DNA of 64,000 nt from Octopus vulgaris. Taxonomy: Eukaryota. Shown here piece after piece: positions 28,131 through 43,584 of this stretch. Location of the stretch: contig OX597820.1 in the NCBI GenBank assembly GCA_951406725.2, positions 8,432,001 through 8,496,000 on the forward strand, given 5' to 3'. The first letter of the stretch is position 1. Each line of letters starts with the position of its first letter. The translations under genes were made by a program, and so were the position numbers. The notes beneath the pieces are model-generated. The model was not told the origin of the DNA and did not search any database. It saw only the letters and a list, made by a program, of their open reading frames with translations.

Positions 28131-28467
28131 GTTTCTTTATTAGCCACACAGGGCTGCACACAGACAGGACAAATTACAAGGTAGAGCTTTTCTTTTGGGG
28201 GTAAAAAAAGGGGGTTTGGTTTTCGATCAAAAGGGATCGTAAAGAGAAAGAAAGAGGACAAAAAAGGGGGGGAATAAAATTTTTAAAAAAAAGTGGGGGG
28301 GAAGGGAAAGGACAAAAAATTTATCAATAGGGATCGTTAGACATACAGATAGATTGATAGATCTAAGTAAGAGAAAAGTTAGTGTGGACGGATGTGAACA
28401 TCAATTATTGTACAAGACTATGCATATATATATATACTGTCAACATACGCACACACACACACGCACG

Positions 28468-28574
<107 letters not shown>

Positions 28575-29298
28575 TATATATAGGAGAGGGTACTGAAAAC
28601 TTCCTGCCTTTAAGGGTATCGCAAAAGGCCTTGGAGGCCCAAACTTCCGAGTTCTTTCACAGGACTTTGAAAATTTGAAGAACTGCAGCAAAAATTGTGT
28701 GAATTTGAGAGGGGAATATGTTGAATAAAATCATAATTAACTAAACCTGCTGTATTGTCTTTTGCCCAAAGTCCGGAACTGTTCAGCAGCCACCCACCCG
28801 TATATTTCTGTTGCTCTTCCATGGTATTACTCACCCAAATAGCCAGTATGTGTGCGTCGTAATGGAATGTTATGACAAGTATTGAGAAGAATGTATCTAT
28901 ACTTGATAACTTTCCCACACTATTACATCAAAACATCAAGAGTTGCACAATAGATATATATATAAAATGCGAGGCGACAGCATTAAGCAATGGTATACAA
29001 AGTTGGTACCAGGACAAAAATGTTTGAGGTATATTCAACCCGTAAGATAACCATTCACTGCATTTTGTCATGGAGAGAATTTTGCGCTGTAGACAAAGAG
29101 AGGGAAACGCACAGAGTCAGTTCGCAGCGCTCCCAAACCAGACTATTGGATGCGTGCATTTCGGGATGGTTATCTCTTCGTCAGCAGCAGAGACCGGAAA
29201 GGCAGACGCTGCGAACTGACACGAGAGACAGGTCCTTCTTATGATATTCCTGCCACCGTTCAATGACTGGTTGCGCTGATTGTGCAGTATGTGTGTGT

Positions 29299-29405
<107 letters not shown>

Positions 29406-29601
29406 GGCAGGCAGACACATACATACATGCATACATACATACATACATACATGCATGCATACATACATACATACATACATACATACATACATACATACAT
29501 ACATACATACATACATACATACATACAAACATACATACATACATACATACATACATACATACATACATACATACATACTTACATACAAACATACATACAT
29601 A

Positions 29602-32600
29602 TGTGACATTCAAAAAGTGAACAAAACCGAAACAACAAAGAAAGTAACATCATGGGTTTTAAAGACAGAGAAAAAGATAACTAGTTTACGGAAGACCATC
29701 AGCCATGTGACGATGCTTATTGCGTGGAAACAAGCAAATCGCTATACGTCCCACCAACAGAAAGTAAAGGAGAAAAAAAAACGATGTTTGGAGACACCAA
29801 AAAGAGGACGCTCACTCGCAAACTGATCACCCTCAAACAGGAGCTGAAAGTGGTCAGTCAGAAGCTCGGACATCAGAAGAGAATAACCGAGAGAAAAACA
29901 ATAAGCAAGAAATTTAACCGGAACCAGGCAGCAGTATACAAAAACACGAGAGGAGAAGCCTTGAATATCAAAGAAGCTCCTTCACGAGAAGAAACAGACT
30001 CCCTCTGGAGGAAAATCTGGAGTGAAGAGAAAGAGTTTTATCAAGATGCTCAATGGCTGGAAGAAAACCGAATAAGTTACTACTCTTGCATTACACCCAA
30101 GATATTGATGGTGAAACCCTTGTAACTGTGATCCAGAAACTCCAGGATGGAAAAGCACCTGGAAGAGACTTGATTGTTGGATATTGATACAAGAAGCTAA
30201 CATTCTACCGACCATATCTTATCAATCTGTACCAGAAAGTTCTTAATGGGAACAGTAGCATACTACACTGGTTAGCTCTGGCAGAAACAAAATTGATCCC
30301 CGAATGCAGAACCACCCACATGGCAAAAAGCTACCGACCAGTTGCATGCCAGAACTTAATGTATAAAATATATACATCATGTTTAAACCTTTTCCTCCAG
30401 GATCATTGTGAAACAAATAACATTATCACAGCAGAACAATCAGCTGGGAAGAAAGGAGTCTGGGGATGTGCTGAGCAATTGTTAATCAACAAAACTGTAA
30501 TGTCAGTTATGCGAGAGCATAGGAGGAACCTAGTTTCAATGTGGCTAGACTACAAGAAAGACTTTGACTCTGTTCCCCACTCATGGATGCTAGAAGCCTT
30601 TCAACTTGCAAGAGTTCCAGTGAGAATAGTTAAAGCCATAGCTGACCTGACTTCATCGTGGGCCACCATCTTGAAATTAAACACAAAGGGTGACTATTAT
30701 CACTGATAGAATACAGTATCGCTGAGGCATATTCCAAGAGGACAGCCTCTCTGTGATGTTGTTTATACTTTCTGTAAACCCTTTGTCATTTATGTTGTGG
30801 AAGTCTGAAGGATGCCTCACTGGTTCACAAGGAAACAGAAATACCAAAATTACACACTGTTTCTTTGTGGATGACTTGAAACTATATGCAAAGAATATGC
30901 ATGAGATGAAAAAGAGCCTTGACATGGTTACAACATTCCCAAAAGATATAGAGTTGGAGATTGGTCAAGATAAATGTTGTATGGTTGTAAAAAGAGGGAA
31001 AACTATAAATCAGAGTAGTAACATCTCCATCAATGATTTAACTGTATCTGACAAGGAATGGTACAGGTATCTAGGGGTGGATGAAAATATATCTTACAAT
31101 GGCATCTGTAACAAAACACGTGTCACTAAAGAATATTACAGCCGAATAAAGAAGATTTGGCTCTCAGAACTCTCTGCATTCAATAAAACTGTGGCCCACA
31201 ATGTGTTTGCAGTGTCAGTACTCATACCAACATTTGAACTGTTTGATTGGACGCTTGGTGGGATTCGAGCCATTGTTGTGAAAACCCGAAAAATACTAAC
31301 AAGCACACATAATTTCCACATAAGGTGATGTAGACCGCCTCTACCTAAAACGAAAACAAGGTGGCAGAGGCTTAACATCGATCCAATATGCCTTTGAATG
31401 TAGCATCGAGTGGAGGCGCAATGGCCCAGTGGTTAGGGCAGCGGACTCGTGGTCATAGGATCGCGGTTTCGATTCCCAGACCGGGCGTTGTGAGTGTTTA
31501 TTGAGCGAAAACACCTAAAGCTTCACGAGGCTCCGGCAGGGGATGGTGGTGATCCCTGCTGTACTCTTCCACCACAACTTTCTCTCACTCTTACTTCCTG
31601 TTTCTGTTGTACCTGTATTTCAAAGGGCCGGCCTTGTCACTCTCTGTGTCACGCTGAATATCCCCGAGAACTACGTTAAGGGTACACGAGCAGGCTGTTC
31701 CGTTGATTCGGCTCAACCGGAACCCTCATCGTCGTAACCGACGGAGTGCTTCCATCCATGAATGTAGCATCATACCCCTTAGGCAACATCTTTTAACCAC
31801 CAAGTGTCGCAGCGGATCCCTTGAGCAAGGTTTGCATACATGAGGCTGATAACATCATAAGACTTGGAAGGCAGCTCCTGGAGCAGCATTCTTTGTCTGA
31901 TAACCTTAAATATATGCTCAAAGAAGTTGCACGGGTCTACCGCAATGTATCATCAGATGAAAGGATGAGCCTATATCAGCAGAAGACCATGTATGGATAT
32001 ATTACCAGAAAGCTCAGAGATGAGAGTAACATCGATCATCAAAACAGTCTTTCACGGACCAATAGCCGGATTACATCCTCCCACGTTGAAAGAAATGCGT
32101 TTACAATCCAGAAACAGATTATATGAACCAAATACCTGATGCACAAAAGAGACAGAGATGCAGGAAAAGCAGTAAAATGTGACAACCGATGCAGACTTTG
32201 TAGAGTTAACACTGAAGATATCACCCACATCATAAGCAGTTGTCCGAAAATGTCATCACGGTATTATCTACCGATGAGACATGATGTTGTAGCTAAGACA
32301 CACTATAATGAAATCTGTCGGAAGGATAATCCCGAGGACAAAGAAATAAGAACCCACAATATGGTAGAAGCCATAGCCACTCATAATAAAATAGAGTACT
32401 GGAGGAATGTCCCAGTGAAGACCTCAATAAAATGTAAGCACAACAGACCTGATATAATGATTTGGGATAGAGAAGAGAAACTGTGCACAGTCGTGGAAAT
32501 TGGCTGCCCAGTGGATGCTAACATAAAACTGAAGATCAGTGAAAAAGAGAACACCTATGCTGAACTATTGAGAAATCTGCAGTTACTTTATCCAGATTAT

Positions 32601-32850
32601 AAGTTCAGGTTTATACCTGTAATTAATGGGGCCCTGGAATATGTAACTCACTGCCTAAATACCAATCTTTAGAAATTAGGTTTCTCAAAACCAGAAACGA
32701 GAAAGCAGGTTGGAAGACTACAGATCCAATCTATCACTGGAACTGTAAAAATCTGTAAAACTTTCCAGAAAATTATCATTTAAATATATGTAAGCATGTC
32801 TAGATAAGCAACTATATGCATGAGAATACATACATAAAACATACAAATCT
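29602..32850 (+). mobile_element. R4/Dong-like non-LTR retrotransposon (RT, CCHC finger, RLE), decayed, flanked by (CATA)n
   Basis: YRPVACQNLMYK, WLDYKKDFDSVPHSW, GIFQEDSLS, FFVDDLKLY, CRLC..EDITHIISSC, RHD, RPDIMIW and VEIGCP. Confidence 0.9.
31408..31758 (+). mobile_element. OR1-like SINE nested in the RLE LINE, 13-bp TSD TGAATGTAGCATC
   Basis: TSD at 31395-31407 and 31759-31771; near-identical to 13355-13722. Confidence 0.92.
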
Positions 32851-32895
32851 GCACATACATACATACATACATACATACATACATACATACATACA

Positions 32896-32926
<31 letters not shown>

Positions 32927-33443
32927 GTGCATGCGTGCATGCACACATACATGCAAGCCGAAATGCCAGTGTCTGCTTGTCTGCCGACGTCGTTGAGAGC
33001 TATGTGCGTATTTTTGCACCAACTCTATAGAGAGAATTTTTTCCTCTAAAACAAAATCCCTTCTTACATCCTATTCTCTTCCTCCTACTCTTCTCTTTTC
33101 CGATTTCCTGTCTTCATGGGACTCGTCTTCCTGTTTGTAACTGTATTGACAAATATTCTATAAAGATTCTATTTATATGTGTCTATTTTTTCATGTTCAC
33201 CTGTCAACTCGTCTTTATTTACTGTTCGATCTACAGACCCCCATTTTTCTTTTCCGTTACTGCCCTTGTCTCAGTTCGATCCGTCCATGTTTGTCTATCA
33301 TATCTGCTCTTTTTTGTCCCAATAGCTGACTGCTGACACTGCCATATTGAATAATATTGTAGGACGACGTCGAATTGTAATGATATCCGACCGGCAACTG
33401 CGTGTGTATGTGTGGATTGTGTGTGGCTGTCTATATATGTCTG

Positions 33444-33775
<332 letters not shown>

Positions 33776-33896
33776 CAATATAAATAAATATTTTCAAGTG
33801 AAAAAATTATTTTCGAAATTTTTTTCTCTTATGAGGTTTTTCACGCTAACTACCTGATAATTTCTTGTTAAGATTCCTTATTAAGATTTTAATTGT

Positions 33897-34083
<187 letters not shown>

Positions 34084-34179
34084 GGATAGATAGATAGATA
34101 CATACATACATACATACATACATATGTGTGTATATATGTGTGTAAGTTTAGGTATGTAAATATTGCACACCACACACAA

Positions 34180-34241
<62 letters not shown>

Positions 34242-35129
34242 ATGTATGTATGTTTATGTATATATATTTGGTTCATTGAACATTCAACAAAACATTTTTT
34301 CCACCATATCCAATTTCAATGCTTTAGTTGACAAGGCGCCTGAGGTGGCTGAGGGCAAATCGACGACATTTATTGCCTGTTTTTCAGTACAACCTTATTT
34401 GAACGAATCAACAAAGAAGTTTTTAGGTGGCCACTGAAACTGCTAGAAATAGCATAGAAATTTCCCTCAAACAATACCGTATTTTTTGCTTTGATTAATC
34501 CCATGTCGGCTCTGTTTCGACAGATCATTTGTGAAAGTCATTCTGACCGTCAGGGCTGAAGAATATTGACGATCAGCCTTATTCTGCCAGCATGTCGCCT
34601 TAATTCTAATTGTGTCGAGTCACGTAGTTGTATTCTAAATTGTGTTTGTGTTTCGTCTGTGTTATATCAAAAGGTTTCATGCGTTTAAGTGTTGTATGGT
34701 GGTTGTATAGTGTGCGTGTTGTGTGGCTGGTGTTGTGTGTATTGTGTGGTGTTTGTACATTTTTCATGCTTTGCTCTATCTGAAGAAACTGTGCTGAATC
34801 CTAGATGTTAATGCAAGGAACGAAAATGTTTCAATAATAATGATCGATTTCAAGGCGGGAATTGCGAAAGCTAATACAGTCATAGAAAATGCGCTGATTG
34901 GGTTATAGAATTGGATCGGAGGAGGGGGTTAGAACCTGTGGTGTTTGAGTTTTCTTTTATATTGAAAATGTGTTTAGTAAGATGTGGGTTGTGTTTTGCC
35001 GGATTAATTTTTGGTCTGTTGACAAATCTGTGAAGTTGTTGAATGTTTTTTAGTCTTTCGTTCATTTTTATCAGCGGAAACACAAAAGTTTATTAAATGT
35101 AATCTTTGTCTTTTTATTCTTTCTGGCAG

Positions 35130-35989
35130 GCTTATTTGAAATAATTCCAACCAACGACGATATCAACCATTACGTTAGTATAGCCGAGATTGCCGAAATT
35201 ATGCCAAGCAAATTCTTCACCTGTACACCTTTGACTGGTATGAGCATTGTAAAGAAGGATAACAGCAAAAGCAAATACATCCAAAAGGGTGTGAGAGCGG
35301 GTTCAACTCTTACTATTGACAGTATCTTCACGGCCAAGTGGGAAACGGAAGCTGAAACGGGTTTCTTTAAAAAGACAAAGATAAAATACACTTTAGCAGA
35401 ACAGAAATATCTTAAATGTTTGGATCCACACAAAGAAGTCGTCTACATTCCGCTGTCGGCAGAAGGCAGGTTTTACACATTTTATGAACAAGGAAAGACT
35501 GGACGCCATGTTGTTTATCGTATCAATGAGTTTTCTAGAGAATTTGAATTCCCACTAAAAGTGCGACTTATCTACGGTACTTCTCCGGTAAGAAATGTCA
35601 AGTTCACAGATTTGTTGACGTTGAACAAAGTGGAGGAGATAGAAACGATTGTCGCTTGTAGCATCGGTCTCGACAAACATCATTTGATTGATATTCCAAT
35701 AAAAACCGGCGTTTATTTTAAACTTCAGCATTTTGAGAATGTCACAGAAAGCAATGAATCTAATTTGAAAGCTGCTATGGCATTTAGCCGTAAATATGTG
35801 CACCATTACCAACGTAGGATCCGCCAGAGCATGGAATATGATGAAACATACAATGATAATTTCACCGACCAACAACAAGATGGCGCCGAAATACCGTTTG
35901 ATTTACTCAAGGACTTAAGTATTGATAAACATGATGACAGAGATGTCAAAGTATCGATCTCAAATTTTGTAGAGAGCTCTGTCGTCTGA
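35130..35989 (+). CDS. Gene A exon 2 (terminal): CABIT-domain protein
   Basis: Pyrimidine tract plus CAG acceptor at 35129; reads G|LFEIIP..YVSIAEIAEIMPSKFF...LKCLD...IPLSAEGRFY...FPLKVRL to TGA, resembling GAREM/Themis CABIT motifs. Confidence 0.85.
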
Positions 35990-36177
35990 ACTTTTCTATT
36001 GATTTGATTAATGAGAAATAAAATGGGGAGGATAGGTGAGATACAAACAATATGACGGCAATGAAATACCTGCTCTCTCTCTCTCCCCCTCTCTCACTCC
36101 CTCTCTCTCTCGCACTTTCTGTACACATACCTGTCAATCTATCTATCTGTCTGTCTGTCTATCTATCTATCTGTCTG

Positions 36178-36296
<119 letters not shown>

Positions 36297-36384
36297 GTCT
36301 GTCTGTCTGTCTATCTATATGTGTGTGTCTGTCTGATGTGTCTATCTATCTATCTATCTATCTATCTATTTATATATCTATCTT

Positions 36385-36490
<106 letters not shown>

Positions 36491-36715
36491 CTGTGTGTCT
36501 GCCTGCCTGCCTCATGTCTGTCTATCTATCTGTATACTTACATAGAAACTAGCTTAGGCGCAGACGTGGCTGTGTGATAAGAAGTCTGCTTCGAAACCAC
36601 ATGGCTTCGGTATCAGTCACGCTGTGTGGCACCTTGGGCAAGTGTCTTCTACAATAGCTCCGGAACGACCAAAGCCTTGTAAGTGGATTTGGCAGGCGGA
36701 GACTGAAAGAAGCCT

Positions 36716-36761
<46 letters not shown>

Positions 36762-37243
36762 TTAAGATTATATAAACAAGTGTGTAATAACAAATAAATA
36801 CGTTTGTGCGTTTGAATATATGTGTGTGTATATAACAATGTAAATATGTGCTTAATATTATGTAAATATATCTTCGTGTTTGAGTGTTTCTGCACATGTA
36901 CTGGTGTGTCTGTGTGTGTGTGTGTGCGTGTGTGTGTGCGAAGTCTTTTCAATTTCTGTAAAAAAAAAAGATCACGTGATTTCTAAAGTATTTAAATGTT
37001 TCACAACGATTTTACGCCTCTTTTCTATTGGCTCTTTGTCAACATGACGAGCACTACTTGATATTAACATTTATATATATATATATGACGATAAAGCATT
37101 GAGTGTGTGTGTGTAGAGGGAGACTTGTTTATACACATGCAAACATGTGTAGATACATGTATACACATATGCAGAAACATATACACACACGCTTGCGCAC
37201 TAGTATGTATGTATGTATGTATGTATGTATGTATGTATGTATG

Positions 37244-37304
<61 letters not shown>

Positions 37305-37309
<5 letters not shown>

Positions 37310-37665
37310 TTAGGGAATGAATCCAAAATTACAGGGAAAAAAATCAGATTTATGGTTAAATCCAATTTTATAGTAAAATATTATATAATATAATTTGAGA
37401 CAAAACCACTATTTTAAAACCAAACAAGGAAAGACTTAATCAATACATAAAATTTTAATATAAATTAAATAAACCGCCACTACAAATGTTTCATGTCTGC
37501 TACCGACAATCTTCAGGTGGATTTTCGATCTTCTAATCAGTATCAAATTTTGAAGATTGCAGACATGAAACATTTGTAGTGGCGGTTTATTTAATTTATA
37601 TTAAAATTTTATGTATTGATTAAGTTTTCCTTGTTTGGTTTTAAAATAGTGGTTTTGTCTCAAAT

Positions 37666-37673
<8 letters not shown>
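37305..37673 (-). mobile_element. (TA)n-embedded fold-back element carrying a hammerhead (PLE pseudo-LTR-like)
   Basis: Tail 37305-37383, arm about 37384-37500, inverted arm about 37551-37673. Confidence 0.8.
37477..37520 (-). ncRNA. Minimal type I hammerhead ribozyme
   Basis: CCAC-CTGAAGA-t-TGTC ggtagca GACA-t-GAAAC attt GTA-GTGG. Confidence 0.75.
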
Positions 37674-37702
<29 letters not shown>

Positions 37703-38290
37703 GTATGTATGTATATAATTGTTGGCTTTCTTGGTTTTTTTAGGATTTTTTTAATGTTATCTTATATTATATTCATATTATGTTATATTGTAATATAAAT
37801 AAATAAATTATTGTTTTGTCAAATAAATCTCTCCGTTTAATTAATTGTTTGTGATTTGTATTATACCCCTATTTCTATGGCATCCAACTGAAGTACCAGT
37901 GAATTAGATGTTTTACACACCCCGCTGAAGGCATTTCCTTAGTTTGTTACTTTATATGCCCCTGTTTCGACTCATTGCGTCAGCTGAAGAAGGGCAATGT
38001 TCCTTGTGTCGTTTGTCCTGTACTCCGTTTTTTTCGTTGTTAAAAAAAAAGTCGGTTTCCTTGTTTTGTTTTTATGTTTTCGTCTCTCGTTGTGTTCTAT
38101 GTTTTTTTGTGGTGTCCTGTAACCATATATGCATGTATATATACATATAGATGTAGGTATGTACATATATGTATATATATGCATATGTTTTATTTATTAA
38201 ATTGTTATTATATGATTGAACACACGCGTCGTCTTCTTCCAAATAAGTTTTATATATATATATATATATATATGTATGTAAATATGTATG

Positions 38291-38354
<64 letters not shown>

Positions 38355-38897
38355 CATACATACATACATACATACATACATACATACATACATACATACA
38401 TACATACATACATACTAAACTTTAGAGACGTTTGTGTGCACCCAAAATATCTCAGAAATAGTATATTTTATCTCTTTTTTTTTGCATATTTATTTTCAAA
38501 CTTACCTTACAAATTTTAGTGATATTTGGATCTCTAATTTATCGATTAAACACAATTTTTGTTTATTATTTCTTGACGAAAAAAAAAACATGGCTTCTGT
38601 GACGTCAACACACATACACACATACAGAATACACACACATATAATGAATGTAACGGCTTGTCAATCAACACAATCACATCCGCTATCTGTGACATATACA
38701 CACACATCGTCTTCGCGCTCTAAAAAAAGCGTTGACGTTTTTGACGTACAAAATATTTTAATCATTTAGAAATGTTTTTAACTGGGTGTGAGTTCGTTCA
38801 TTTTCGTAAATTTTTTTTATTTATTTACAGTAGTTTTAAAGTGAAAGAGAGGAGAAAGTGAAAGATGTATGTGCGTGTATATGAAATGGACATGTGT

Positions 38898-38938
<41 letters not shown>

Positions 38939-39043
38939 GAGAGAGAGAAAAGAGAGTGAGAGAGAGTGAGGGAAGGAGTGTGTTGTCATGTATACGTACA
39001 TACATCAAATCATGCGTACATCTTTCTTGTGTGTACATGTGCT

Positions 39044-39087
<44 letters not shown>

Positions 39088-39125
39088 TGAGTGAGTGAAC
39101 GTGCGTGTTCTCATGTATGTGTAAG

Positions 39126-39199
<74 letters not shown>

Positions 39200-39570
39200 A
39201 GACACACAGACTCCCACACGTCCATTTCATATACATATTCATACATCTATCACTTTCTCGGTGATTTTCAGGATAAAAATTGTTTTTAAAATGCTTCTGC
39301 TCAAGTAAAACTCGCACACAAAAATGTCCAGAATTGCCGATATGGCCAGGGGAAAAATATTTTCAATTTAGTTGTATTTAGCATAATTTCACTTACATCA
39401 AATTTTATCAAATTTTCATTAGATTTCAGCACTTATTTTTTTCTATAAATCCTATTCTGACATTAAATGAGTCATCTTCCGGTACAGATGTTTACGTTTT
39501 ATAACTCTCTAAGAAAAAAGAAAAAAAAACGTCCACGGTTACTATTAAATAAGTCTAGAAGTTTAGTTCA

Positions 39571-39636
<66 letters not shown>

Positions 39637-39739
39637 GCAGAAGTACCCTGAATTCAAATTCTACAAACTGGCAAACAATTCTCTGAATACTTTACCGGGC
39701 AACGGTGGTGGGTAGTAAGTCTAGTATATATATATATAT

Positions 39740-39842
<103 letters not shown>

Positions 39843-40020
39843 AAAATAGCAAATGGGACAAGAACGCAAAACATCTAGATAGACGATGCAAAAAACACGG
39901 ACGGGTCATTCGAAGCCTTTAATCTTCAGTCAAGAACCGGATCATCCTCGCAATCTCGGCTGAGATTGCTCCAATCTGGCCAGCCCCAAGGAAAAACTAA
40001 GCTAAGAGCATTAGATTCCT

Positions 40021-40074
<54 letters not shown>

Positions 40075-40096
40075 ACCACAGATGCAGTACGGAATT

Positions 40097-40145
40097 TTGT
40101 CAGTGAACAGGTCGCGGTTTCAAAGCGACGAAAATATTTTGACAA
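40097..40145 (+). ncRNA. Minimal type I hammerhead with swapped G3-C8 core pair
   Basis: TTGTCA-GTGAACA-g-GTCGC ggtttcaaa GCGAC-GAAA-ATAT-TT-TGACAA. Confidence 0.65.
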
Positions 40146-40289
40146 TGACTTATAAACACCTTCCACGCTGCAATTGTTTTTGTTTCAGCACATGATCTCA
40201 GATCAAGTCACTTGCTATGCAAGTACATCTAGTAAGATATTTTAGGACAGATATATATTTATAAAAAAAAAACATATATAATAACAGAT

Positions 40290-41480
40290 AATAACTTTAT
40301 TTATCAAAAAATGCTACCAGGATAGAAATAAACCTTCTTTTCTATAACGTTATTCAGTAAAGCCACCTTCAGCATCAACAACAGCTTCTATATGTGATCT
40401 AAATCAGCTGCATGCTCGAATCAAGTGGTTCTGGTTCATTTTGGACATTACTCTGATTATGGCAGCTTTCATAGAATCTTTGGTATTTTGGGCTTGTTCA
40501 TTGACCTCTCCCTCTCAACAACGCTCCACATCTAATAGTCCAATGAATTGAGATCTGGGGAATTAGGAGGCCGAATGATAAGCATTATGTGATCATGAAA
40601 GTTTTCAGCCATCCATTCCTGTGTTAATAGAGCCATGTGTGATAGTGCAGAGTCTTACTGAAACACATATGGCCTTCCATTGCATACACTGTCTATCCAG
40701 GGCTTAACAATTATTTCCAGGATTTCAATGTAGGTGCCAGAGTCAACTCTAAGGTCTTGTGGAAAGAAGTAAGGAGGCATCACATGTCCTTCATTGTTGA
40801 CAATCCCTAGAACTATGGCAGTTGCAGAAAATTTCGTATGCATTACACTTGAAACTTCAGAAGGGTCTGCACATAACCATCTGTCATTTCTTCTGTTAAC
40901 GTTTTGATCTTGGTCGAATTTTTTCTCGTTTGAGAAAAACCAAATCAAATCTATCTCTGTTGGATTTTCAGTTTGTTTAAGATTCTTTTAGATCTGACGT
41001 AGTGATTTTCTTTGGCTTTTTCTGACAAATTGACCTTTCCTCATCATATAAGACTTATATCTGATGTCTTTCTAGACAACATTTCTGACTGTTCCTTCTG
41101 AGATATGGAGATATTTTGCAATTGACCTCATGGACTTTCTGGGATTGTAATCAATGATCTGTTGAACTTGCTGGATAAATTCAGGTATTCTGATGATTTC
41201 AGAGCATTTAGAATGCTTTTTATGCTTTGATACTGGTGATACGTTTCCATCTTCAGTCTCTAACTCCTTACAAACTTTGTAGGCGAAAGATATGGCAACT
41301 TTTAAAAATCGAGATATTTCTAAATCACTATGTTCAGACTTTATAACCACAATAACAGCATGTCTCTTCATTTTTTGAGTAAGCTGAGGGTCTACAATTA
41401 TTATTTTCTGAAACAAAGATTATTCAAAGTGAGCAAAAAATGCAGCAATGACCCAAAAAAGGTATGTCCTCAAATAATTG
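40290..41480 (-). mobile_element. Decayed Tc1/mariner-superfamily transposase, DD37D (maT)-like
   Basis: WFFSNEKKFDQDQ..NRRNDRW, VMPP.FF, RPYVFQ.DSA and PPNSPDLNSLDY; N-terminal HTH-like fragment. Confidence 0.75.
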
Positions 41481-42170
41481 TGTGTATGTGTATACCTGCA
41501 TGTGTGTGTGTGTGTTATATGAACCCACTCTACGTGACTTCGTCAATGTTGTTTCAATCAGCAATATTCGTCCATTAAGATATATCATATTATATTACAT
41601 TAGAGACATGTCTCAAGGAGAGGGGGTGTCAGTCACGGACGCCATATTGACCCCTACCTACATATACCTAAACAACCAATCCTTTTCTTTACACCAAAAC
41701 ATGCACACACTAACTTACATACACTTATCCATTGCCCCCACCACACCCCCGTTAACCTCACTCCCTTCTCATAATTCTTAGAATTAAACATTCTCAATTA
41801 ATATCAAATTAACACAGGAATGTTCTCTCTCTCTCTGTCTATCTGTCGCTTTACCTCCTCCTCTTCCTCCTCCTCTCTCTGTATCTGTCATTCGCCATCT
41901 CTTCTCGCCCTTCTTCTCCTACACTCCATCTTTCCATCTCTCTCTGAATAATATGTATATATATATCATTGCTCTCCTCTTTTCTCTCTCTCTCGCTCTC
42001 TCTCCCCACCTCTCTCAACGTTCCCCACTCCCATACAGTTCACGAAATATCGGGCATACTCGCCACCTCCACACATATATCACAGTATTAGGGATCTACA
42101 CAATATATCCATAATCTACGGCATGTCACAAAACAATCGATGCTCGCGATAAACAGTATATTCACCATCC

Positions 42171-42209
<39 letters not shown>

Positions 42210-42319
42210 CACGCGTGTGTGTAGGTGTGAAACATAAATGACTTTCTCACCTTTCTGAACATTAAACTAATACATCTGCTTGTTGTTCATACACCTGTCT
42301 TTGTTTTTCCATAAATTTC

Positions 42320-42385
<66 letters not shown>

Positions 42386-42416
42386 ATGCATATACATGTA
42401 TGTATATATATATATA

Positions 42417-42811
42417 CTAGCAGTATCGCCCGGCGTTGCTCGGGTTGTAAGGGAAATAACTATATAAGCATTTTTAGAGAGTTATAGCCAAAAAATAGCA
42501 AAAAAAATGCATTAAAAATTGAAAAAAAATTAAGGTAAATTTTTTTTAAATCGTTGACACATCGTAGATATTTTTAGAGAGTTACTTCCCTTATATAAAA
42601 GCGAAAAAAATGCATTAAAATGGAAAAATATGATGGTCAATTTTTTTAAAATCGTAGACTCATCGTAGACGCGCACTAATACCCAGAAGGGCTCGATATG
42701 AATCACGACTATAAGATACCCGCTTTTGGTTAAACTGCACCGCAAAATGTGGGAGTAATTACGAATGTAAATCGAAGGGGACAGACACACAACTTCACTC
42801 TTATATAAAGA
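42417..42811 (-). mobile_element. Non-autonomous Helitron-type element
   Basis: On -, A|TC...subterminal hairpin CCCGAGCAACGCCGGG...CTAG|T. Confidence 0.7.
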
Positions 42812-43584
42812 TGCTTTTTTTTTCAGTCATAGAGTTAGATTTATGAAGGTCTTCAGTAGAAAATCCTTCGAATTCTGACTCGCTGCTTGATATAATGAAA
42901 TTCGTATCCATTTTTTGTCAGAATTACAAATTTTGAAAACACAATAGGAACAAATTTCGGAAAAAAATCTCCCATAATTCACGGAATTAAAATTACACTT
43001 CGATTTTTGTACAAAACTGTATTTGAAGTGTTTACGAAGTATAATACGTGTTTTCACGAATGTACTAAAGAGATTTACTCTGATATTCTCATTTAAATAT
43101 GAATAGGTAAATTCGGGCGGTTTGGTAACGAAAGGGTTTATATAAGTGTCGTCTGTTTATACATAAACACTGTTTCATAGTTTCAGTTTAGTCTTCCTCA
43201 AATCACTGTCGCTAATTTACTCTCTTCCAAGAACATTTTCACTCACTGTTATCTGTTAGCTTCCCATACATTTTACTCATGTATCTATCAGCGTGATAGA
43301 CAGAAACAAATATTACATTTACTTTCATTTTATTCGTTGCCCACTGTGTGTGTGCGTTTGCGTGTGGTGTAAACCAGACTAAGAAAAGCATTTGACACAC
43401 ACACCAGAATGTGAGTTTTCTGTAAATTTTGCTTAATTGGAGTTTAAATTTTAAAAACTGGAGCTGGCATGACGCGATGCATTGTACTCTCAAAAATGCT
43501 AGGTAAATTGTAATTGAAGAAATCCTATATTGTAGATTTGTATAACTCCCAAAGGGAGGCAGATAAAATCTGCCTTTTATAATA

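Noticed and set aside
34776-34836. CTGAAGA...GAAA..TTC motif
   Set aside because: Stem II does not pair convincingly; could be chance in AT-rich DNA.
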